Assembly (NCBI GenBank): GCA_014360845.1
Contig: JACIWR010000003.1
Coordinates: 1-43,021 of the forward strand
Direction of reading: 5' to 3'
Source: Anaerolineae bacterium
GTDB lineage: Bacteria > Chloroflexota > Anaerolineae > JACIWR01
Length of the DNA: 43,021 nt
Below are positions 37,341 through 43,021 of this stretch, one piece after another (the first letter of the stretch is position 1; the number at the start of each line of letters is the position of its first letter). The notes beneath the pieces are model-generated. The model was not told where the DNA came from. It saw nothing but the letters and a program-made list of their open reading frames with translations, and searched no databases. Both the position numbers and the translations under genes were made by a program.

Positions 37341-38182
37341 CAATCCAGGAACGTCGGCTTCTCGATGTCTATGAACTTGCCCTCGACAATCTCTCCGCCC
37401 AGTTCTATATCCACGCTCTTTGGATCCGCACCATGGCGGATGACACCTTTTTCGTGATAGTACTTCAACGTATCAAGCCCCGTGCGCTGCTTATGTCGCC
37501 GCCCGAAGTTAGTGGGACAAGGGGAGATCACCTCCACAAAGCTGAATCCGCGCTTGGCCAACGCCTCGCCTATGGCTCGCTCCAGGCGGCGCACGTGAAG
37601 CACCGTCCACCGCGCCACGTATACCGCCCCGCTGGCCACCGCCAGATACGGCAGGTTGAAGGGGTGCTCGTAGTTGCCGTAAGGGGTAGTGGTGGTAATG
37701 CTCCCCACCGGCGTCGTGGCCCCGTGTTGACCGCCGGTCATCCCGTAATTGAAATTATTGACGCAGATGACCGTCATGTCTATGTTGCGCCGCGCGGCAT
37801 GGATGAAGTGATTGCCGCCGATAGTCACCAGATCACCATCACCGGAGAAGACCACCACCTTCAGCTCCGGATTGGCCAGCTTGAGCCCCGTGGCGAAGGG
37901 TATCGCCCGCCCGTGCGTGGTGTGGAATGAATCCAGTTGCACGTAGCCCGCCACCCGCCCCGTGCAACCGATGCCGCTGACCACGACCACCTTGTCCAGG
38001 TCCAAACCCGATTTCAGCAGAGCACTGATGAAACAGGTCAGCGCCGTGCCAATCCCGCAGCCCGAACACCAGATGTGCGGCAGCCGCTCCTCACGCAGCA
38101 GAGCATCCATCGGGTGGCGTTCCGGCGAGACGGCCCCCGGTTCCACCGAATTCACCTCCATGTGACCCGTCAGCTCGCTCAT
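37322..38182 (-). CDS. korB: 2-oxoacid:ferredoxin oxidoreductase beta subunit (TPP-binding).
   Basis: Motifs WCSGCGIG, SGIGC and GDGD.. IGGNHFIHAARRNIDMTVICVNN. The internal ATG at 38182 overlaps the korA stop (ATGA). The listed N-terminal extension is G/A/R-rich and lies inside korA. Confidence 0.85.
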   Translation of the reverse strand: MSELTGHMEVNSVEPGAVSPERHPMDALLREERLPHIWCSGCGIGTALTCFISALLKSGLDLDKVVVVSGIGCTGRVAGYVQLDSFHTTHGRAIPFATGLKLANPELKVVVFSGDGDLVTIGGNHFIHAARRNIDMTVICVNNFNYGMTGGQHGATTPVGSITTTTPYGNYEHPFNLPYLAVASGAVYVARWTVLHVRRLERAIGEALAKRGFSFVEVISPCPTNFGRRHKQRTGLDTLKYYHEKGVIRHGADPKSVDIELGGEIVEGKFIDIEKPTFLDCQVTAR

Positions 38183-39336
38183 GTCACTGCCCTCCTGATC
38201 GCCGCCAGCACCTGTTCCGGCTTGTGGATGTCCCCGCCAGGATGGGGCACCAGGTAAACGGGCGCCCGCCCCGCCGCGCAACGCTCCACTTCCAGCGCGA
38301 TCTGCCCCCAGTTTATCTCCGGCACCACGAAGGCCTGCACCCGCTGCGCCAGCTCCCGAATCCTCTCCTCGGCGAAAGGCCACACCGTGATCAAGCGCAG
38401 CATACCCACCCTGATGCCCTCCCGGCGGGCCAATTCCAGGGGCCACATGGCCGCGCGGGCGGCGATGCCATAGGAAACGACCACCACTTCAGCGTCCTCC
38501 AGATACAGTTCCTCCACCTCGATAATCTCGTCTTTGTACAACCGTATCTTGTTCACCAGACGCTGAATCAACGGCCACTGGGCGGAATCATCGTTGGTGG
38601 ATGGATAACCCCGCTCGTCGTGGGTCAGCCCCGTAATGTGGATGCGATAGCCTTCGCCGGCGACGGCCATGGGCGGCACCAGGTCCTCATCGGGCAGATA
38701 AGGCTGATAACCGTCGCCGGGCGGGACCCGGGGCCGACGGCGGGGAACGATTTCCACTTCCTCCAGCGGCGGGATGACCACCTTCTCGGTCATGTGCCCC
38801 ACCTCGGCATCGGTCATAACCAGCACCGGGGTACGGAATCGTTCCGAGAGGTTGAAGGCGCGGATGGTGAGATCGAACAGCTCCTGGGGAGAGCTAGGCG
38901 ATAAAGCGATGATCTCGTAAGGACCGTGCGATCCCCAGCGGGCCTGCATCATGTCCCCCTGCCCCACCAGGGTCGGCAACCCGGTGGAAGGCCCGCCCCG
39001 CTGTACGTTCACCAGCACGCATGGCGTCTCGGTCATAATCCCCAGCCCCAGGTTTTCCATCATCAGGGAAAAGCCCGGCCCCGAGGTGGCGGTCATGGCC
39101 TTGACCCCGGCCCAGGAAGCTCCCAGGACGGCGTTCATGGAGGCCAATTCGTCTTCCATCTGAATGTAAGTACCGCCCACCTGAGGCATACGTTCGGCCA
39201 TGCGCTGGGCGATCTCGGTGGCCGGGGTGATGGGGTAACCGGCGAAGAAGCGGCAACCGGCCACAATGGCCCCTTCCGCACAGGCGATGTCCCCCTGCAT
39301 GAAGAAACTTCCGGTCAGAAGACCCTTCTCGCTCAT
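38179..39336 (-). CDS. korA: 2-oxoacid:ferredoxin oxidoreductase alpha subunit.
   Basis: 385 aa. Reads GDIACAEGAIVAGCRFFAGYPITPATEI..MEDELASMNAVLGASWAG.KAMTATSGPGFSLM. The ATG overlaps the korD stop. Confidence 0.85.
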   Translation of the reverse strand: MSEKGLLTGSFFMQGDIACAEGAIVAGCRFFAGYPITPATEIAQRMAERMPQVGGTYIQMEDELASMNAVLGASWAGVKAMTATSGPGFSLMMENLGLGIMTETPCVLVNVQRGGPSTGLPTLVGQGDMMQARWGSHGPYEIIALSPSSPQELFDLTIRAFNLSERFRTPVLVMTDAEVGHMTEKVVIPPLEEVEIVPRRRPRVPPGDGYQPYLPDEDLVPPMAVAGEGYRIHITGLTHDERGYPSTNDDSAQWPLIQRLVNKIRLYKDEIIEVEELYLEDAEVVVVSYGIAARAAMWPLELARREGIRVGMLRLITVWPFAEERIRELAQRVQAFVVPEINWGQIALEVERCAAGRAPVYLVPHPGGDIHKPEQVLAAIRRAVT

Positions 39337-39608
39337 AAAGCCCCCACCTCCCGCTCTTCCTCCACCCGGTAGATGGCGAACTCAGGACAGAGCATCTCAC
39401 AAAGCCCGCAACTCACACATGCCGTTTCATTCACAACACGAGGTGGATGGTACCCCTTGGAGTTGAACTCGTCCGACACTTCCAGCACCTGACGGGGGCA
39501 GAAAGCTACACACCACCCGCAACCTTTACAGCGCTCACGGATGATGTAAATCCGTCCATGGGGTACGCGGATGGACGCCAAATCTAGCGGTTTTCTCCAG
39601 TACTTCAC
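39333..39608 (-). CDS. korD: 2-oxoacid:ferredoxin oxidoreductase delta subunit (2x[4Fe-4S] ferredoxin).
   Basis: Motifs CKGCGWCVAFCP and CVSCGLCEMLCP. GTG at 39608 lies 6 nt after GGGAGAG. The listed GTG at 39656 sits inside the heptamer repeat. Confidence 0.75.
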   Translation of the reverse strand: MKYWRKPLDLASIRVPHGRIYIIRERCKGCGWCVAFCPRQVLEVSDEFNSKGYHPPRVVNETACVSCGLCEMLCPEFAIYRVEEEREVGAL

Positions 39609-39646
39609 TGTACTCTCCCGTTGCGCGAAGCGTGACCCAGTCACCC

Positions 39647-39702
39647 CACGCTTCACGCTTCACGTTTCCCGTTTCACGCCTTACGTTTTACGCCTCACGC
39701 CC
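39647..39702. repeat. 8 tandem heptamers (CACGCTT family) filling the sucD-korD spacer.
   Basis: Units read cacgctt cacgctt cacgttt cccgttt cacgcct tacgttt tacgcct cacgccc. The repeat ends 2 nt from the sucD stop. Confidence 0.85.
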
Positions 39703-39704
39703 CA

Positions 39705-40571
39705 TCAACCAAGCTCCCGAATCAACTCCGGTATCTCGTCGGGCCGGCTGGCGACGCGCACTCCCACTTTCTCAAAAGCAGCGATCTTCTCCGCGGCAGT
39801 ACCGGTGCCTCCCTCGATAATCGCTCCCGCGTGTCCCATGCGCTTGCCCGGCGGTGCGGTCCGTCCGGCGATGAAGGCCACCACTGGCTTGCTCATCTCC
39901 GCGGCGATGAACTCCGCCGCCCGCTCCTCGTCCGTGCCCCCTATTTCGCCGATGAGCACCACGTAATCGGTCAGCGGGTCATCCTCAAAGAGAGCCAGGA
40001 TGTCCACGAAAGTGCTGCCGATAACGGGATCGCCGCCAATGCCCACCGCCGTGGATTGGCCCAGCCCGGCCATGGTCAGAGCGTGCACCACCTCGTAGGT
40101 CAACGTGCCACTGCGCGAGACTACACCCACCGGCCCCGGGATATGGATGTGTCCGGGCATAATGCCTACCTTGGCCTCTCCGGGCGTAATCACCCCCGGA
40201 CAGTTGGGCCCGATGAGCCGCGTGCCCTTGGCCTGCAAATACGCCTTGACGCGCACCATGTCCAGCACGGGAATGCCCTCGGTGATGCACACCACCAACT
40301 CAATGCCCGCATCCGCGGCCTCATACATGGCATCTGGGGCGAAACGGGCCGGCACGTAAATGATGGCCGTGTTGGGACCGGTGGCAGCTACGGCCTCCCG
40401 CACAGTGTCGAACACGGGCACGCCAGCCACCCACTCCCCGCCTTTACCCGGGGTGACTCCGGCCACCACCTGCGTGCCATACTCCAACATCTGGCGGGTG
40501 TGAAACTGGCCTTCACGGCCTGTGATACCTTGCACCAAAAGACGTGTATCCTTATCAACCAGAATGCTCAT
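39705..40571 (-). CDS. sucD: Succinyl-CoA synthetase alpha subunit.
   Basis: Reads [24 protein letters not shown], followed by [15 protein letters not shown] and MGHAGAII. Confidence 0.95.
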   Translation of the reverse strand: MSILVDKDTRLLVQGITGREGQFHTRQMLEYGTQVVAGVTPGKGGEWVAGVPVFDTVREAVAATGPNTAIIYVPARFAPDAMYEAADAGIELVVCITEGIPVLDMVRVKAYLQAKGTRLIGPNCPGVITPGEAKVGIMPGHIHIPGPVGVVSRSGTLTYEVVHALTMAGLGQSTAVGIGGDPVIGSTFVDILALFEDDPLTDYVVLIGEIGGTDEERAAEFIAAEMSKPVVAFIAGRTAPPGKRMGHAGAIIEGGTGTAAEKIAAFEKVGVRVASRPDEIPELIRELG

Positions 40572-40618
40572 TGGCTCTCTCCTGTGATGTGGTGTAGGAC
40601 AACTCTTGAGGAGTTGTC

Positions 40619-41026
40619 TTACAGACGCTCTCGGATTCGCGCCGCGATCTCCTGCAGGACCGAGAAGTCCGTCCGCTGCACCTGGGGCGGCAGTCGCAGC
40701 TCGTCGCCGAACCAGCGGGGAATGATATGCACATGAAAGTGAAACACGCTCTGGAAAGCGGCTCTTTCACTGGATTGGAACAGATTCATCCCGTCGGGGC
40801 GCAAAGCCTCGCGCACGGCACGAGCCACGCGCACCGTGGTGCGCATCACCGCCGCCGCCGATTCGGGATCAATGTCGTACAGATTGCGATAGTGTTCTTT
40901 GGGCACCACCAGGACATGCCCCTGGCTCACCGGGTTAATGTCCATGAAAGCCAGGGTCTCCTCGTCCTCCCAAACCACAGCCGCCGGCGCTTTCCCGGCC
41001 ACAATGGCGCAGAAAATGCAGCTCAT
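40619..41026 (-). CDS. HIT-family (histidine triad) nucleotide hydrolase/transferase.
   Basis: Reads [13 protein letters not shown], followed by [10 protein letters not shown] and HFHVHIIPR. Confidence 0.9.
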   Translation of the reverse strand: MSCIFCAIVAGKAPAAVVWEDEETLAFMDINPVSQGHVLVVPKEHYRNLYDIDPESAAAVMRTTVRVARAVREALRPDGMNLFQSSERAAFQSVFHFHVHIIPRWFGDELRLPPQVQRTDFSVLQEIAARIRERL

Positions 41027-41029
41027 CGC

Positions 41030-42172
41030 TTACGCCATCCTCCCCTGAGCCAGGGCCACCGCCTTCTGCGCGGCCTCGGCCAAAGTCTCCGCCGTGACCA
41101 TATCCGCTCCGGCCAGAAGGGCCCGCCCCTCTTCCTCGTTAGTGCCCACCAGACGGGCCACCATAGGCACCTGCGGCTTGACCTCCTCCAGAGCTGCCAG
41201 GATGCCTCTGGCCACCTCATCACAGCGGGTAATCCCGCCAAAGATGTTGAACAGCACTGCTTTGACATTCTCATCGGAAAGAATGATGCGCAAGGCCGCG
41301 GCTACTTTCTCGGCCTTGGCCCCGCCGCCGATGTCCAGGAAATTGGCCGGCGCGCCGCCGTACAACTTGGTGAGGTCCATCGTGGCCATGGCCAGCCCCG
41401 CCCCGTTGACCATACACCCAATCTCCCCATCCAGCCGCACGTAACTCAGGCCAAAGAGACGCGCCTCCTGCTCGTAGGGGTCCTCCTCGGCCAAATCGCG
41501 CAACTCGGCCAAGTCGGGATGGCGGAAAAGGGCATTGTCGTCAATGATCATCTTGCCATCCAGGGCCAATAACTCCCCCGCGGCGGTGATGACCAGCGGA
41601 TTGATCTCCGCCAGGGTAGCATCAGAGCCGAGGAAAGCAGCGTACAGGCCCCGGGCAATGCGGACGAAATCGCGTAGATAGGCGCGGCTCAATCCGATAC
41701 CGAAGGCCAGCTCGCGGGCCTGATATTCCCGCAGGCCGAGGAAGGGGTCCACCGTTACCTTCACAATGCGCTCCGGTGTGAGACGAGCCACCTCTTCGAT
41801 GTCCACACCGCCCTCACTGGAGGCCATCATCACCGGGCGACCAGCGGCGCGGTCAATGACCACGCCCAGATAAATCTCCTGGACGATGTCCGCCGCCTCG
41901 TCCACCAGGACCTTGCCCACCGTCAGGCCCTTGATCTCCATGCCCAAAATGCGCTCGGCCATGACCTCGGCCTCGGCGGGGTCGCGGGCCAAAAGAATAC
42001 CACCAGCCTTACCCCGCCCTCCGACCAGCACCTGGGCTTTGATCACCACCGGCTTGCCCAGACGGTCGGCGATCTGGCGCGCTTCCTCGGCGGAACGGGC
42101 CACGTCGCCCTGGGGGATAGGGACGCCATACTCGGCAAAGATTCGTTTAGATTGGTATTCGTGTAACCTCAT
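41030..42172 (-). CDS. sucC: Succinyl-CoA synthetase beta subunit (ADP-forming).
   Basis: Reads [18 protein letters not shown], followed by [31 protein letters not shown] and [13 protein letters not shown]. The ATG at 42172 is preceded by GAAGGAG. Confidence 0.95.
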   Translation of the reverse strand: MRLHEYQSKRIFAEYGVPIPQGDVARSAEEARQIADRLGKPVVIKAQVLVGGRGKAGGILLARDPAEAEVMAERILGMEIKGLTVGKVLVDEAADIVQEIYLGVVIDRAAGRPVMMASSEGGVDIEEVARLTPERIVKVTVDPFLGLREYQARELAFGIGLSRAYLRDFVRIARGLYAAFLGSDATLAEINPLVITAAGELLALDGKMIIDDNALFRHPDLAELRDLAEEDPYEQEARLFGLSYVRLDGEIGCMVNGAGLAMATMDLTKLYGGAPANFLDIGGGAKAEKVAAALRIILSDENVKAVLFNIFGGITRCDEVARGILAALEEVKPQVPMVARLVGTNEEEGRALLAGADMVTAETLAEAAQKAVALAQGRMA

Positions 42173-42194
42173 CACTCGCTCCTTCTTCAAGGCA

Positions 42195-42227
42195 AGAAAC
42201 CCGTTTTCTTGTGGAAAACGGGTTTCT
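42195..42227. other. Perfect 14-bp hairpin in the sucC leader.
   Basis: Sequence is agaaacccgttttc-ttgtg-gaaaacgggtttct. It ends about 13 nt upstream of the sucC Shine-Dalgarno sequence (12-16 nt depending on how the SD is delimited). Confidence 0.6.
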
Positions 42228-42453
42228 ATACAAAATACACCAACGCCATAACGTCCTTTAATGACAGATTTGCCGCCACCCTTGACGAGCGGTTCAGGAA
42301 AACAAAAGTCTTAACAGTTCCAGCCCATCCGATTACGCTAATGACCACGTTGAAAATCGCCCCTTTGCGATGGAATTATCAAAAGCGACCTGCTAGCACT
42401 GCGCTTCCGCCGCCGCGCGGTGCTAGCTGAGCGCGGTCGGCCACAAGTGCTGA

Positions 42454-42634
42454 CTAGATTTCATCCTTCAACATTTTGATAATATGTCTCGCCAGATACT
42501 CCTTAATCTCCCTATGACGAGGAACAGGCTGAGATACTTTCGTCCTTGGGTTCTGATACCAGTCGTGTTTCGCCCCGTGACGAATCAATACGCACCCCAT
42601 TTTCTAATTCGCGTGTCAAATCTCTGCGCTTCAT
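42454..42634 (-). pseudogene. hicA: hicA-like toxin with a +1 frameshift in a G4 run.
   Basis: The ATG overlaps the hicB stop (ATGA) and encodes MKRRDLTRELEN. After the GGGG run (plus strand cccc, 42595-42598) the frame shifts. The shifted frame reads GCVLIRHGAKHDWYQNPRTKVSQPVPRHREIKEYLARHIIKMLKDEI and ends at the stop 42454-42456. The span is 181 nt, not a multiple of 3. Confidence 0.65.
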
Positions 42635-42822
42635 GCTACTTCTAGCTCGGCAACCCTTCGAACGTAAGGGATACTCCCGCCGGTAAGTTCCCGGTATATA
42701 TCCCTCAGATTTTCCTCCAGCTCTTCTATCGTTTTCCCTTGAGTCCAGTAGTCAGGGTATTCTTCTAAGTACCCCAGCCACATATCATCATCTTGCCAGT
42801 AGATGTACTTTATCGCTTTCAT
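42631..42822 (-). CDS. hicB: HicB-family antitoxin-like small protein.
   Basis: 63 aa. Reads YWQDDDMWLGYLEEYPDYWTQGKTIEELEENLRDIYRELTGG. The local region has lower GC. Confidence 0.7.
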   Translation of the reverse strand: MKAIKYIYWQDDDMWLGYLEEYPDYWTQGKTIEELEENLRDIYRELTGGSIPYVRRVAELEVA

Positions 42823-43021
42823 CTCCCTTACTCCGTATTACTCTTCCCCCCATTCTGCCTGTTCAGCGTGTCTTTCCTGGCTTCGCTAGCGGTGATTAAT
42901 CCCAAGAACGTGACTACTCAGCCTATGCTCCAAGTCCCCGTCCCGGGGACGTTCCATGCGGCAAGATGCTGTCTTTTGCGCGGTTTTCTCAGCCGAGACG
43001 CCCCCGGGACGGGGGCTACGA

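Noticed and set aside
38183-38446. N-terminal 88 aa of the listed korB ORF.
   Set aside because: It lies inside korA in another frame and is G/A/R-rich. The ATG at 38182 overlaps the korA stop and gives a normal-length beta subunit.
42209-42430. 73-aa plus-strand ORF between sucC and hicA.
   Set aside because: No motifs, no Shine-Dalgarno sequence, and an AT-richer region containing hairpins (42195-42227; gctagcac..gtgctagc at 42392-42427). It is more likely non-coding.
42917-43021. Possible CRISPR array at the right window edge. Two GC hairpins, gtccccg-tcc-cggggac (42934-42950) and gcccccg-gga-cgggggc (43000-43016), are each preceded by ctcagcc, 71 nt apart.
   Set aside because: There are only two units, they are not identical, and the spacing from the shared ctcagcc to the hairpin differs (10 versus 5 nt). 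The hairpins are in opposite orientation. This looks more like REP-type hairpins. The window ends here, so it cannot be extended.

Overview
High-GC bacterial chromosomal segment. PT-rich linkers, Flp-type N-termini and repeat-rich spacers suggest a Chloroflexota-like organism, but that is inference only.

Contents from left to right:
1. Three membrane glycosyltransferase-type genes (1..5327) that share a C-terminal domain.
2. A minus-strand operon (17503 down to 5730): receiver/CpaE-like ATPase, zinc-ribbon/TPR protein, two Flp-like prepilins with large C-terminal domains, CheY, CheC, and a 2152-aa hybrid histidine kinase with 5 PAS, 5 GAF, HisKA/HATPase, 2 receiver and Hpt domains.
3. Two small membrane proteins flanked by REP-like palindromes.
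4. A family-5 ABC importer (binding protein plus two permeases) with no ATPase genes.
5. An HdrA-MvhD fusion gene that the ORF track splits in two. The split is an in-frame TGA at the conserved Cys/Sec position, followed by a SECIS-like hairpin, so I read it as a selenoprotein.
6. A lower-GC island with an ECF sigma factor, an anti-sigma factor and a secreted protein.
7. A long co-directional minus-strand block (42172 down to 27365): sucC, HIT, sucD, korD, korA, korB, korG, a 1096-aa HdrL-like (HdrA/GltD) fusion, a lipoprotein, mvhD, an HdrD-like CCG protein, an alpha/beta hydrolase and a transglutaminase lipoprotein, then, after a 194-nt gap, the ECF sigma and anti-sigma genes of item 6.
8. 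A hicB-hicA pair with a frameshifted toxin.

Most unusual observations:
- The Sec-recoded HdrA.
- 2-oxoacid:ferredoxin oxidoreductase and succinyl-CoA synthetase genes physically joined to Hdr/MvhD/GltD-type flavin/Fe-S modules, with no hydrogenase in the window.
- Short tandem repeats of 7, 8, 9 and 11 nt. They fill spacers in that block and also sit in frame inside hdrL-like, hdrD-like, mvhD and korG, where they encode linkers and C-termini.
- A Tad-like fragment whose Flp-type pilins are 4-5 times normal length and which is wired to a CheY/CheC/hybrid-kinase module.

All functional calls come from reading motifs by eye. No database search was run.
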